DNA of 64,000 nucleotides from positions 10,913 through 74,912 of the forward strand of contig CAVPJI010000014.1 in assembly GCA_963705215.1 (NCBI GenBank), written 5' to 3'. The stretch's first letter is position 1, and each line of letters opens with the position of its first letter. Origin of the DNA: an uncultured Chloroflexia bacterium (lineage in GTDB: Bacteria > Chloroflexota > Limnocylindria > Limnocylindrales > CSP1-4). Position numbers and translations under genes: made by a program. Shown here piece by piece: positions 36,870 through 46,701 of the stretch. The notes beneath the pieces are model-generated. The model was given only the letters and a program-made list of their open reading frames with translations, searched no databases and was not told the DNA's origin.

Positions 36870-37298
36870 GTGCTCATCGTCGACGCGAACGTCCTCCTGT
36901 ACGCCGTCAACACGGCCGCGCCGCGCCACGCCCCGGCGCGCTCATGGCTCGACGGTGCGTTGGCCGGACGAGAGCCGGTTGGGTTCGCCTGGACCGTGCT
37001 GCTCGCCTTCCTGCGTCTCACGACGCACCCGGCGGTCTTCCCGCGGCCACTGACGGTCGGGGAGGCGACGGAGATCGTCCGGGCCTGGCTCGCGCAGCCC
37101 GCGGCCATCGTGGTCGATCCGACGCCCCGGCATGCCGACCTGCTGGCGGGTCTGCTCGCCGAGGCCGGGACCGCAGCCAACCTTGTCGGCGACGCGCACC
37201 TCGCAGCGCTCGCCCTGGAACACGACGCCGTGCTTGTCTCCTTCGACGCCGACTTCGGACGCTTCGCCGGGCTGCGTCGAGAGACGCCTGGAACCTGA
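36870..37298 (+). CDS. vapC: VapC PIN-domain toxin
   Basis: LIVDANVLLYAVN...FLRLTTHP...NLVGDAHLAALALEH...SFDADFGRF. Confidence 0.92.
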   Translation: MLIVDANVLLYAVNTAAPRHAPARSWLDGALAGREPVGFAWTVLLAFLRLTTHPAVFPRPLTVGEATEIVRAWLAQPAAIVVDPTPRHADLLAGLLAEAGTAANLVGDAHLAALALEHDAVLVSFDADFGRFAGLRRETPGT

Positions 37299-37395
37299 GA
37301 AGCCTGCGACCGGCCGGACACCCAGCTGGGCGCCCGGCCGGCTCAGGGTCGGTTGCCGCGCCCGTCGGGGCGCCCGGCCATCGAAGCCCGGTCGA

Positions 37396-37716
37396 TCAGG
37401 CCCCGGGTGCCCGGTACGTGGGCGACATCTTCGACGCGGCGTCGACCTCCTCGGGCGTGAGGAGCACGACCGTCCGCGGGTTGACGGCGCCGGATGCAGC
37501 GGCGGTCAGCGCCGCGGCGGCGACGGCCGCGTTGCTGGGCGCGTCGACGATGATGTAGAAGTCGTCGCTCCCGAAGGCGAAGTAGTACGCCTCCATGGTC
37601 CCCCCGAGGGACTTGATCATCGCCTCCGTCGCGGCGCGACGGGCGCTCCCGCCCTCGGCGAGGAGCCCCTTGACGCCCTCCTTGGTGTAGCTGCCGGCCA
37701 CGAGATACTTGGACAT
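37396..37716 (-). CDS. GYD domain protein
   Basis: MSKYLVAGSYT.EGVKGLL.EGGSARR...YYFAFGSDDF...LLTPEEVD. Confidence 0.85.
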   Translation of the reverse strand: MSKYLVAGSYTKEGVKGLLAEGGSARRAATEAMIKSLGGTMEAYYFAFGSDDFYIIVDAPSNAAVAAAALTAAASGAVNPRTVVLLTPEEVDAASKMSPTYRAPGA

Positions 37717-37820
37717 GGCGTCCCCTCCTGCCGCGGGGCGTCCGATGGACGCGCTCGGTCCGCGGTCGCGAGAGCGTAGTCCGGCAGCGCCACGTGTCAA
37801 CAGGCACCTGTTCGGGCCAT

Positions 37821-37849
37821 TTGACTCATGCTGATGAGTCAGATAGTCT
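37821..37849 (+). promoter_or_regulatory. Promoter and operator of vapBC
   Basis: TTGACT-17 bp-TAGTCT; palindrome TGACTCAT-gctg-ATGAGTCA (37822-37841). Confidence 0.8.
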
Positions 37850-37856
37850 CATGTTG

Positions 37857-38114
37857 ATGACAAAGCGGCTGCAGGTCCTTCTCGACGACGACGAGCTGGC
37901 GGAGATCCAGGCGGTCGCGCGGCGTCGCCACCAGACGACCGCGGCCTGGGTTCGCGATGCCCTTCGCGTAGCGCGCGACACGGCGAGCTACCCGGAGACC
38001 GGGCGCAAGCTCCACGTGATCCGCGAGGCCGTAAGCCACGCCTACCCCGCCGGCGATGTCGGCGACATGCTCGAGGAGATCGAGCGCGGCTACGGGGACG
38101 GGAACCCCGGATGA
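37857..38114 (+). CDS. vapB: RHH antitoxin
   Basis: [37 protein letters not shown]...[17 protein letters not shown]. Confidence 0.85.
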   Translation: MTKRLQVLLDDDELAEIQAVARRRHQTTAAWVRDALRVARDTASYPETGRKLHVIREAVSHAYPAGDVGDMLEEIERGYGDGNPG

Positions 38115-38506
38115 TCTTCGTCGATTCGAACATCCCGATGTATCTCGTCGGAGCCGACCTTCCGAACAAGGGCGCTGCGCGCACGCTCCTGGAGCGGGCG
38201 ATCACCGACGGCGAGATGCTCGTCACGGACGCCGAGGTGCTCCAGGAGATCCTCCATCGTTACGTGGCGATCGATCGCCGGGACGCGATCGAGCCCGCGT
38301 CCGCGGCCTTGCTCGGCGTCGTCGACGAGGTCTACCCGGTCGAACGGGCGGACGTCGAACGCGCCCGCCGGATCGTCCTCGGGACGAGGATGTCGGCCCG
38401 CGACGCGATCCACGTCGCGATCATGCGGCGGCGCGGGGTCGACCGGATCCTGACGTTCGACCGCGCCTTCGACGAGGTCGAGGGGATCTCGCGCGTCGGC
38501 GGGTAG
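38111..38506 (+). CDS. vapC: VapC PIN-domain toxin
   Basis: [11 protein letters not shown]...[10 protein letters not shown]...SARDAIH...TFDRAFD. Confidence 0.9.
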   Translation: MIFVDSNIPMYLVGADLPNKGAARTLLERAITDGEMLVTDAEVLQEILHRYVAIDRRDAIEPASAALLGVVDEVYPVERADVERARRIVLGTRMSARDAIHVAIMRRRGVDRILTFDRAFDEVEGISRVGG

Positions 38507-38659
38507 TCCCTCGACGCCGGCCCACCGGCCAGCGCCGGCCGCGGCCCGCGGCGGTCAGGGTGTGGCGGCGAACCCTGCCGCGGTCCATCGCGCCGGCCGT
38601 GAGGCCCCGACGCGCCGGGAAGCGCGGCCGCCGGTGCCCGGCCGTACCATCGCGCGACG

Positions 38660-39346
38660 ATGAAGCCACCGCTGCACATCGCCCTCGAGATCGCCCGCAC
38701 GCGCACGTTCGCGGTGGCCGTCGACTGGCCCGGCTTCACGCGCGGCGGCCGCGACGAGGATGCCGCCCTCGACGCGCTGCTGCGGGCCGTCCCTCGCTAC
38801 GCGGCGGCACTGGCGGCGGCGGGCGTGCCGTTCGCCCCACCCGTTGATCGCGCGGGCCTGGCCGTCGTGGACCGGCTGCCCGGCACGAGCACCACCGAGT
38901 TCGGGGCGCCCGGCGTGCCCCTTCCCGGGGATGACGCGCCGCTCGACGAGGTCGGGCTGGCTCGGCAGGCGGCCATCCTGCAGGCCACCTGGGTGGCGTT
39001 CGAGGCAGCTGCCGAGCGGCATGCCGGCACCGAGCTTGCGAAGGGCCCGCGCGGCGGCGGCCGCGATCTCGCGAGGATCGTCGCCCACGTCGAGGACGCG
39101 GACCGTGCCTACCTCGTCCAACTGGGAGCCCGAGCCCCGACGCCCGCCGCCGGGCCCGCGCCGATCGCCGACGTTCATTCCGCCGCCCTCGCGGCGCTCC
39201 GGGCGCGGGCGCTGGGTCTACCCGTCACCGATCCGAACAGAGTGGCAAAGCCATGGCCCCCGCGGTATTACCTCCGGCGGGCCGCGTGGCATTGGCTCGA
39301 CCACGCCTGGGAGATCGAGGACCGGGCCCGCCCGGCCGGGGCCTGA
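38660..39346 (+). CDS. Conserved hypothetical protein (DinB-like C-terminal helices)
   Basis: AVDWPG..R.GR, ELAKGPRGGGRD, YYLRRAAWHWLDHAWEIEDR. Confidence 0.7.
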   Translation: MKPPLHIALEIARTRTFAVAVDWPGFTRGGRDEDAALDALLRAVPRYAAALAAAGVPFAPPVDRAGLAVVDRLPGTSTTEFGAPGVPLPGDDAPLDEVGLARQAAILQATWVAFEAAAERHAGTELAKGPRGGGRDLARIVAHVEDADRAYLVQLGARAPTPAAGPAPIADVHSAALAALRARALGLPVTDPNRVAKPWPPRYYLRRAAWHWLDHAWEIEDRARPAGA

Positions 39347-39365
39347 CGAGCGGGCCCTGGGTGCC

Positions 39366-41876
39366 CTACAGCGCCGCGACGGCCTCTTCCAGCCGCTGGG
39401 TCGCGACCACCGCGTCCGTGTCGGAATCGAAGATGATCGGGGCGCCCACCACGAGCTCCACGTCCCCCCGGAAGGAGCTGGGCAGCCGGCGTCGGTCGAT
39501 GATCGACATCCGATTGATCCGCAGCTTCACCGGCACGATGGGCGTGCCGCCCTCCACGGCGATGAGGCCGGCGCCCGCCTTGAACGGCTGCAGCGGTCCG
39601 CCAACGGTCAGCTTGCCCTCCGGGTAGAGGAGGATGTGGAAGCCCTTGTCGAGCCGCGCCCCGAGCAGCTCGAGGCTGCGCCGCACGGACCCCTCGCGGG
39701 CAAGCGGGAACGCGTTGGCGAGGACGGAGGCGAGGACGCCCTTGACCGGGTTGCCGTAGATCGTCTCGGCGCCGGCGGCCACCGAGAGCTTCCAGCGGAC
39801 GGAGAGCGGCAGGCGGCTCAGGATGATCGCGTTGTCCAGGTGGAGGCAGTGGTTCGGCGTGATGAGGACCGGCCCATCGAGGTCGCGGAGGGCCTCCATC
39901 CCGGTCGTCCGGACCCGGTAGAACACGGTGGCCAGCGGGTACATGATGAAGAGCTGGGAGGCGACGCCGACCGCCCGGGCGAGCGGGCTGAGCGGCCAGC
40001 TCCAGCGCATCGGCTTGCGTTTCTGGCCGCGGGCCGCCTCGATCATCGCGGCGACCTCGGCGACGGTCGCGTCCGGCGCGAGCGCGTCGTCGTCGAGGTA
40101 GATGCCGAGCTCCTCCTCGATGACGCCGAGGAGCTCGACCCGCTTGAGCGAGTCCATCTCGAGGTCCGACTCCAGGCGCGCCGTCGGGACGAGCCGGTCG
40201 GCGGGCACGCCGGCGACCTCGGCGATCACGGCCGCGACCGGGTCGGCCGGCAGCCCGTCGAGCTTCGCCCCGATCCTCGTCGAGCCCGCGGTCGCGGCCG
40301 ATGCCCCTGCCGCGGCGGCCGCGACCAGCTCCGGCAGCCTCTCCAGGACCAGGGGCTTCTTCACCTTGAGGGTGTGCGTCCGGGGCAGGTCCTCCTCCGG
40401 CCAGACGGTGAAGCCGCGGACCCGCTGGTGGGGGGCGAGGCGCTCGTTCGCCGCCTTGACGACGTCCTCGGCCGCGGCCGGGTCGTCGAGGAGGAGGACG
40501 GCGTGGACGCGGAGGTCGGTGCCGGGCGGCCAGCCGACGACCGCCGCGTCGGTGAGTCGCTCGTCCTGGCGCAGGATCGCCTCCACGTCCTCGGCATAGA
40601 CCTTCTGCCCGTCGGGCAGGGCCAGCATGTCCTTCTTGCGGCCGCGGAAGACGAGGAACCCGTCGGGGGTGAGCTGGCCGAGGTCGCCGGTGTGGTACCA
40701 GCCCTCGGCGTCGATCGCGGCCGCGGTGGCCTCCGGGTTCCGCCAGTAGCCGGCGAAGCGGCCGGGGCCGCGGGCCAGGACCTCGCCGTCCTCGGCGAGG
40801 CGGATCTCGACGCCGGGGATCGGCTCGCCGACCGTCTCCATCCGGTTCCGCTCCGGCCGCGTGAACGTGACCACCGGGCCCATCTCCGTGGCCCCATAGC
40901 CCTGGAGGACGTCGATCCCCATCTCCGTCCAGCGCCTGCCGAGCTCGACGTCCATCGCCGAGGCGCCCAGGCCGACGGTGTGGAGCTTGCCGCCGATCGG
41001 CGAGAGGACCGGCGAGAAGAGGATCCGCCGGGCGGGCTTCGGGAGCGGCCGGGCGAGGGCGTGGAGGCGCTCGAACGCATCGCGGCGGCCGGCCTGGTCG
41101 ACCCGCCGTTCGATCGCGGTGTCGATCAGCCGGAGGCCCTGCGGCACGATGAGCAGGATCGAGGCCTTGAAGTCGCGGAACGTCCGCAGGAGGACGATCG
41201 GCTGGCGGCTCACCGGGTAGACGACGCTGGCCCCCACGGTGAGCGGCGCGATGAACCCCAGGACCTGCTCGTAGAGGTGGGAGAGCGGCAGGACCGAGAC
41301 CATCCGGTCGTCCTTGCCGAACGGCACGATCGCGGTCATGGCGGCGGTCACGGAGAGCAGGTTGCGGTGGCTGAGCATCGCCCCTTTCGGATCGCCCGTC
41401 GTTCCGCTCGTGAAGACGATCTCGGCCAGGTCATCCGGGGCCACCGCGGCCGGCGGCAGCGGCTCCGCGCGCCGGGCGCGGTCCGGCAGCGACTCGACCA
41501 GGACGACCGGGAGGCCGAGCTGGCGGGCGGCCTTCTCGGTCTGGCGCGAGGCGAGGACGAGGCGCGCGTCGGTCTGGGCAGCGATCTTCCGCCCGAAGTC
41601 GACGGGGTGGCGAACGTCGAGGGGCACGGCGACGCCCCCGGCATGGATCAACCCGAAGAAGGCGAGACCCCACTCGGGCCGGTTCACGGACCAGAGGATC
41701 GCCCGGTCGCCGGGGGTGATTCCCTCGTCGGCGAGCACGCGCGCAACCCGCGGAACGGTCGAGCGAAGGTCGCGGTAGCGCAGGACGCGGGTCCGGAACG
41801 AGGGGCGGATCATCAGGGCGGGCCGACGGTCGAACCGGGCGCCGACCTCCTCCACCAGCTGGACGAGCGTCTCCAT
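39366..41876 (-). CDS. Trifunctional acyl-AMP ligase - ACP - PlsC-type acyltransferase
   Basis: FTSGTTGDPKG, QGYGATE and YHTGD (adenylation); MDSLKRVEL (phosphopantetheine Ser); NHCLHLD and YPEG (acyltransferase). Confidence 0.9.
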   Translation of the reverse strand: METLVQLVEEVGARFDRRPALMIRPSFRTRVLRYRDLRSTVPRVARVLADEGITPGDRAILWSVNRPEWGLAFFGLIHAGGVAVPLDVRHPVDFGRKIAAQTDARLVLASRQTEKAARQLGLPVVLVESLPDRARRAEPLPPAAVAPDDLAEIVFTSGTTGDPKGAMLSHRNLLSVTAAMTAIVPFGKDDRMVSVLPLSHLYEQVLGFIAPLTVGASVVYPVSRQPIVLLRTFRDFKASILLIVPQGLRLIDTAIERRVDQAGRRDAFERLHALARPLPKPARRILFSPVLSPIGGKLHTVGLGASAMDVELGRRWTEMGIDVLQGYGATEMGPVVTFTRPERNRMETVGEPIPGVEIRLAEDGEVLARGPGRFAGYWRNPEATAAAIDAEGWYHTGDLGQLTPDGFLVFRGRKKDMLALPDGQKVYAEDVEAILRQDERLTDAAVVGWPPGTDLRVHAVLLLDDPAAAEDVVKAANERLAPHQRVRGFTVWPEEDLPRTHTLKVKKPLVLERLPELVAAAAAGASAATAGSTRIGAKLDGLPADPVAAVIAEVAGVPADRLVPTARLESDLEMDSLKRVELLGVIEEELGIYLDDDALAPDATVAEVAAMIEAARGQKRKPMRWSWPLSPLARAVGVASQLFIMYPLATVFYRVRTTGMEALRDLDGPVLITPNHCLHLDNAIILSRLPLSVRWKLSVAAGAETIYGNPVKGVLASVLANAFPLAREGSVRRSLELLGARLDKGFHILLYPEGKLTVGGPLQPFKAGAGLIAVEGGTPIVPVKLRINRMSIIDRRRLPSSFRGDVELVVGAPIIFDSDTDAVVATQRLEEAVAAL

Positions 41877-41904
41877 CGACCTGACCTCCGTGGGGATGCC
41901 GGGC

Positions 41905-42588
41905 TCAGTGACCGGCCCTGCGGGCGAGCGCCGCGAGGACCTCGTTCGCCCCGTCAGTCCAGGGCGGGTAGTGGGCGAAGACGATGGTCGCCACGTCGAG
42001 CGCGGCCATCTTCCGCACGCTCGACTTCGCGGCGGCGTAGTCGTCGCTGTAGAGGCGGCTGGCGAAGACGACGCGGCCCCGCCGGACCTGGAGGGCGTCG
42101 CCGGTGAAGAGGATCCGGTCGCGGGGGGCGTAGAGGCAGATGCTGCCGGGCGTGTGGCCGGGCGTGTGGACGACGCGCAGGCCGCCGAGGACCGGGAGGA
42201 CGTCGCCGTCCTCGAGCGGGTGGAACGTGGTCGGCGGGCGGACGACCGACGCGAAGAGGCGGCCCCGGGTCGGCCGGCGGAGGGCCTCGCGGAACCGGAC
42301 CTGGAGGCGCTCGAAGTCGGCCGGGTGGATGCACACCTCCGCGCCGACGGCCTCGAGCTCGGCAACGGTGCCGGCGTGGTCGGGGTGACCGTGGGTGACG
42401 ACGACCCGCCGCACCTCGGCGAGCGGGCGCCCGAGATCCGCGAGGCCACGCTCGATGCGGCCGAGCGACCCGGCGATCCCGGCGTCGACGAGCGTGACCT
42501 CGTCCTCGGGGATTGCGTGCACGTTGACGCTGATCGCCGCGGGCACGCTGACGAGGCTGATCGCGTGGACGCCCGCCGTAACCTCCAT
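41905..42588 (-). CDS. MBL-fold metallo-hydrolase
   Basis: THGHPDHAG, HTPGHTPG, FTGDA, FAH. Confidence 0.9.
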   Translation of the reverse strand: MEVTAGVHAISLVSVPAAISVNVHAIPEDEVTLVDAGIAGSLGRIERGLADLGRPLAEVRRVVVTHGHPDHAGTVAELEAVGAEVCIHPADFERLQVRFREALRRPTRGRLFASVVRPPTTFHPLEDGDVLPVLGGLRVVHTPGHTPGSICLYAPRDRILFTGDALQVRRGRVVFASRLYSDDYAAAKSSVRKMAALDVATIVFAHYPPWTDGANEVLAALARRAGH

Positions 42589-42701
42589 CACCCTCCCGCC
42601 CCGCGGCCGACGCGTCGCCGTCACGCGGCCGTGGCTGCGAGGATCGTCCGGCCGTGTCGCCCGATCCGCCAGTGACGAACGGCCCCTCCCGACGATCGAT
42701 G

Positions 42702-42727
42702 CAATCCGGATTCGCCCAGGCCCCGAA
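42702..42727 (+). promoter_or_regulatory. Candidate SigK-like ECF promoter
   Basis: CAATCC-N15-CCGAA upstream of the DUF4397 gene; resembles the mycobacterial SigK motif CCATCC-N15-CCGAA. Confidence 0.4.
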
Positions 42728-42807
42728 AAGGGGGCGAGACGAGCATCCACCCGACGACCGATGACGGTCCGGGTCGCTCGACAGGCAGGACCAGGAGACA
42801 CGATCAG

Positions 42808-43668
42808 ATGCAGCGCAGCTTCGGCCGCATCGCGGCCCTCATCGGCGCCGGGGCCCTCGCCCTCGCCGTCGTCACCCCGGCCTTCGCCGCCGGCCCCGCC
42901 AAGCTGACCGCGGTCGTCGCGGTCGACTCCACCGACGCGCCCGCCGCCGGCAAGGCCTGGGTCCGCGTCCTCCACGGCTCGCCCGACGCGCCCGCCGTCG
43001 ACGTCAAGGCCAACGACGCCAACATCCTCACGAACGTCCCCTTCGGCGTGATCTCCGACTACCTCCCGGTTGACGGCGGGACGTACAACATCAAGGTCTG
43101 CGCCGCCGGAACGACCACCTGCGTGATCAACGCCGACCTCACCTTCACCGCCGGCAAGAAGTACACCGTTGCCGCCACGAACCTGGTCGCCAGCATCGAG
43201 GCCCAGGTCCTCGAGGACACGGCTGTCGCGAACGCCCAGCAGGCCCAGGTCCGGGTGATCCACTTCTCCGCCGACACGCCCGCCGTCGACGTCCTGACCC
43301 AGGACGGCGCGACCGTCGTCGTCGACAACCTCGCCTATCCGAACGCCACGGGCTACCTCGCCCTCGCCGCCGGCTCGTATGACCTCAAGGTCTGCGCCAA
43401 CGCCGACAACACCGTCTGCCCGCTCGATCCGGGCGCCCTCGACCTCGCCGCCGGCACGGCCTACAGCGTCTTCGCCGTCGGCTCCCTCCAGGCGACGCTC
43501 GCGACGCCTGCCCCCGATACCACCCCGCCGCCGACCTCCACCCTTGCCCCGACGCAGGATGGCTCCTCGAACGGCAGCCTGATGGTGATCCTCGCCATCG
43601 TCGCCCTCGCCGGGGCCGGCGCCTTCGCGATGAACCGCCGCCTCGCGACTGGCCGCGTCGAGAAGTAA
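42808..43668 (+). CDS. DUF4397 surface protein with C-terminal anchor
   Basis: Signal peptide; two VRV.H.S.D.PAVDV repeats; PPTST, then a TM segment and a basic tail. Confidence 0.85.
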   Translation: MQRSFGRIAALIGAGALALAVVTPAFAAGPAKLTAVVAVDSTDAPAAGKAWVRVLHGSPDAPAVDVKANDANILTNVPFGVISDYLPVDGGTYNIKVCAAGTTTCVINADLTFTAGKKYTVAATNLVASIEAQVLEDTAVANAQQAQVRVIHFSADTPAVDVLTQDGATVVVDNLAYPNATGYLALAAGSYDLKVCANADNTVCPLDPGALDLAAGTAYSVFAVGSLQATLATPAPDTTPPPTSTLAPTQDGSSNGSLMVILAIVALAGAGAFAMNRRLATGRVEK

Positions 43669-43688
43669 CCCGCTCCCCCTCCCCCCTC

Positions 43689-43731
43689 GCGACGCCGGTC
43701 CGGTCCTCCCCGGGCCGGCGTCGCCGTTTCT
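43689..43731 (+). terminator. Rho-independent terminator
   Basis: GCGACGCCGGTCCGG-tcctcc-CCGGGCCGGCGTCGC then CGTTTCT. Confidence 0.7.
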
Positions 43732-43781
43732 CCCGGGTGTAGGCTGTCGGCCAGGGTGACGGGCAGAGTGGAGATCCCGGG

Positions 43782-44900
43782 ATGAACGACACCACGCGGC
43801 ACGGCGGCCTGGACCTGGCGACGATCGTCGCCGCCCCCAAGGTGCTCCTGCACGACCACCTGGACGGCGGCCTGCGTCCGCGGACCGTGATCGAGCTCGC
43901 CCGCGAGGGCGGCTACGACGGCCTCCCCACGACCGATCCCGACGAGCTGTCCGCCTGGTTCCGGCGGGGCGCCGACCGCAAGAGCCTGGAGCTCTACCTC
44001 GCCGGGTTCGCCCACACCGTGGGCGTGATGCAGACGCCCGAGGCGCTCGAGCGGATCGCGGCGGAGTGCGCCGAGGATTTCGCGAACGACGGGATCGTCT
44101 ACGCCGAGGTCCGCTTCGCGCCGGAGCTCCACCTCGAGCGCGGGATGACGCTCGACGAGGTGGTCGAGGCGGTGCTCCGCGGCTTCCGGCGTGGCAGCGC
44201 GGGCCGCCCGCTCGAGATGCGCGCCCTCGTGACCGCGATGCGAACGGCCGCGCGGTCCCTGGAGATCGCCGAGCTGGCCGTCCGCCATCGCGACGAAGGC
44301 GTGGTGGGCTTCGACATCGCCGGCGCAGAGAAGGGCTATCCACCGAGCCGGCACCTCGACGCCTTCCACCTGATCGCCCACGAGAACTTCCACTTCACGA
44401 TCCACGCCGGCGAGGCCTTCGGGCTGCCGTCGATCTGGGAGGCGCTCCAGTGGTGCGGCGCCGAGCGGCTGGGCCACGGCGTGCGGATCGTGGACGACAT
44501 CGTGGTCGGCGACGACGGGCGCGTCGCGCTGGGCCGGCTCGCGGCCTATGTGCGTGACCGGCGAATCCCGCTGGAGATGTGCCCGACCTCGAACGTCCAC
44601 ACGGGCGCCGTCGCCTCGATCGAGGAGCACCCGATCGACCTCCTGCGTCGCCTCCGCTTCCGGGTCACGGTGAACACGGACAACCGCCTCATGAGCGGGG
44701 TCACGCTTTCGTCGGAGTTCGAGGCGCTCGCCCGGGCCTTCGGCCTGGACCTCGCCGAGATGCAGTGGCTGACGCTCAACGGCATGAAGAGCGCCTTCTG
44801 CTCGTTCGACCAGCGGCTGCGGGTCATCAACGAGCAGATCAAGCCGGGCTACGCCCGGCTCATGGCGCGGGCCTCGCAGGCGGACATGCTCGTCGGGTAG
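43782..44900 (+). CDS. add: Adenosine deaminase
   Basis: [51 protein letters not shown]. Confidence 0.92.
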   Translation: MNDTTRHGGLDLATIVAAPKVLLHDHLDGGLRPRTVIELAREGGYDGLPTTDPDELSAWFRRGADRKSLELYLAGFAHTVGVMQTPEALERIAAECAEDFANDGIVYAEVRFAPELHLERGMTLDEVVEAVLRGFRRGSAGRPLEMRALVTAMRTAARSLEIAELAVRHRDEGVVGFDIAGAEKGYPPSRHLDAFHLIAHENFHFTIHAGEAFGLPSIWEALQWCGAERLGHGVRIVDDIVVGDDGRVALGRLAAYVRDRRIPLEMCPTSNVHTGAVASIEEHPIDLLRRLRFRVTVNTDNRLMSGVTLSSEFEALARAFGLDLAEMQWLTLNGMKSAFCSFDQRLRVINEQIKPGYARLMARASQADMLVG

Positions 44901-44990
44901 CTCGCTTCGGGGCGACGGGTGCCCCGGCGCCGGTCTGGTGCGGTCGGGGGTACTTCCGGGTAGGGGTGGCGGCCGCGACTGTCGGCTTCA

Positions 44991-46598
44991 ATGAGCCCTG
45001 CCATGAACACGCCGGCCGCGCACGACGCGGCCTCGACCGTGCAGCAGCTCCTCGTGCGCGGATTCGCGTGCGTCGGAGCGATCGCCGCGGCAAGCCTCGT
45101 TGTGGTCGCCATCACTGGCGCCTCTGGCGTCCCTGTTGCGGTCATCGGGGGAGGGGCTGCCGCGACCGTCATTGCCGCCGGCGTGGTGCGTCACGTCGTC
45201 GGCGAGGTCGAGGCCCTCCGCGCGAGCCTCTTGGAGGACCTCCGGGACGCGCGGGCGGCCTACGATCGGGCAACCCTCGATGCGCGCATTGATCCGCTGA
45301 CCGGCCTCGGCAACCACCGCGCCTTCCAGGAGGAGCTCTCCCGCCAGGTGGCCATTGCCATTCGCGAGGCGAGTCCCCTCTCCCTCGCGATGATCGACCT
45401 CGACGACTTGAAGCGCGTGAACGACACCGATGGCCACGCCGCCGGCGACAAGCTGCTGGCTACGCTCGGGCGGCTGATCGGCGCGACCTTGCGGCCCGCC
45501 GATCGCCCCTTCCGCGTCGGCGGCGACGAGTTCGCCCTCCTGCTGCCGGGGACGAGCACGGAGGCAGCGTACGGCGTCGTCCGGCGCCTGCTCGCGAGCG
45601 CCACCGGGGGCCATCCGACCCTGCGCGACACACGGCGCTTCTCGTTCTCGGCGGGGATCTCCACCTGCCCGGACCTGAGCACCGACGCGGGCCGCCTCAC
45701 CCACCACGCCGACGCCGCCCTCTACTGGGCCAAACGCCACGGCCGGACCGACATCCAGGTCTTCAATCGATTCCGCCACGGAACCGTCGACGACGAACGC
45801 TCGGCCGAGGAGCTGGCCAAAGCCATCGCCCGCGTGGCGTCCACGCGGGCGCTTCGGCCGGTCTATCAGCCGATCATCTCCCTCGTCACGGGCCACCCGG
45901 TCGGCTTCGAGGGCCTCGTCCGACCCACGCCCGAGTCCGGCTTTCCGAACGCCTCGAGCCTGTTCACCGCCGCCGAGGTTGCAGACCGGATCGTCGAGCT
46001 CGACATGGCCGCGATCGAGACGATCGCCGCCCGGGTCGGGCAGCTGCCCAAGGGGCTCTACCTGAGCCTGAACCTGTCGCCGCGAAGCCTCGAGACCGAG
46101 CAGTTCCAGGTCGGCGAGCTGATCGGGATCCTGCGCCGCCACGGGCTGCAGCCAACCCAGATCGTCATCGAGCTCACCGAGCGTGAGGCCATCGAGGATC
46201 TGTCCCGCCTGAAGAGCAACCTGGAGCGGGTCCGTGCTGCGGGCATGCGCATCGCCGCCGACGACGTCGGGGCAGGCAACGCCGGGCTGCGCCTCCTGAG
46301 CGAGATCGCGTTCGACGTCGTCAAGATCGACCTCTCGCTCGTCCAGCGCGGCCTGCTCCAGGATTCGTCGCTGGCTGTTCTGCGCGGGATTCGAGAGATG
46401 GCGAGTCGCTCGGGCGCGACGATCGTGGCCGAGGGCGTGGAGACGCCGGAACAGCTCGTCGCCCTCCAGCGCCTGGGGATCACCTCCGCGCAGGGCTACC
46501 TGCTGGGCCGACCGGCCGACCGCCCCGTTGCCACGCCGGTCGACCTCGCCACGATCGCGACGATGTCGAACCTCGACGAGGCCGCCATCGCCTCCTGA
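44991..46598 (+). CDS. Membrane-anchored GGDEF-EAL c-di-GMP enzyme
   Basis: Two TMs, DPLTGLGN, GGDEF, YQPI..FEGLVR, DDVGAG, VKID, AEGVE, QGYLL. Confidence 0.92.
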   Translation: MSPAMNTPAAHDAASTVQQLLVRGFACVGAIAAASLVVVAITGASGVPVAVIGGGAAATVIAAGVVRHVVGEVEALRASLLEDLRDARAAYDRATLDARIDPLTGLGNHRAFQEELSRQVAIAIREASPLSLAMIDLDDLKRVNDTDGHAAGDKLLATLGRLIGATLRPADRPFRVGGDEFALLLPGTSTEAAYGVVRRLLASATGGHPTLRDTRRFSFSAGISTCPDLSTDAGRLTHHADAALYWAKRHGRTDIQVFNRFRHGTVDDERSAEELAKAIARVASTRALRPVYQPIISLVTGHPVGFEGLVRPTPESGFPNASSLFTAAEVADRIVELDMAAIETIAARVGQLPKGLYLSLNLSPRSLETEQFQVGELIGILRRHGLQPTQIVIELTEREAIEDLSRLKSNLERVRAAGMRIAADDVGAGNAGLRLLSEIAFDVVKIDLSLVQRGLLQDSSLAVLRGIREMASRSGATIVAEGVETPEQLVALQRLGITSAQGYLLGRPADRPVATPVDLATIATMSNLDEAAIAS

Positions 46599-46701
46599 GG
46601 CGTCGCCCGGGGCGCAGTCCCACGGCCGGCCTCACGTTCGATTGGACGATGCCGGCCCCGGCGAAGGACCGCGGCCGGCATCGATCGTGCGCCTGTCGCG
46701 C

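Noticed and set aside
37310-37341. Palindrome after vapC as a REP- or attC-like cassette end
   Set aside because: No related copy at the other TA flanks and no integrase; more likely a bidirectional terminator hairpin.
38760-42107. Very long alternative ORFs (e.g. 38760-42107, 51646-54288, most of 55888-58719, 57114-59912)
   Set aside because: Antisense or shifted shadows of real genes, rich in R/G/A/P with no motifs; expected in high-GC DNA.
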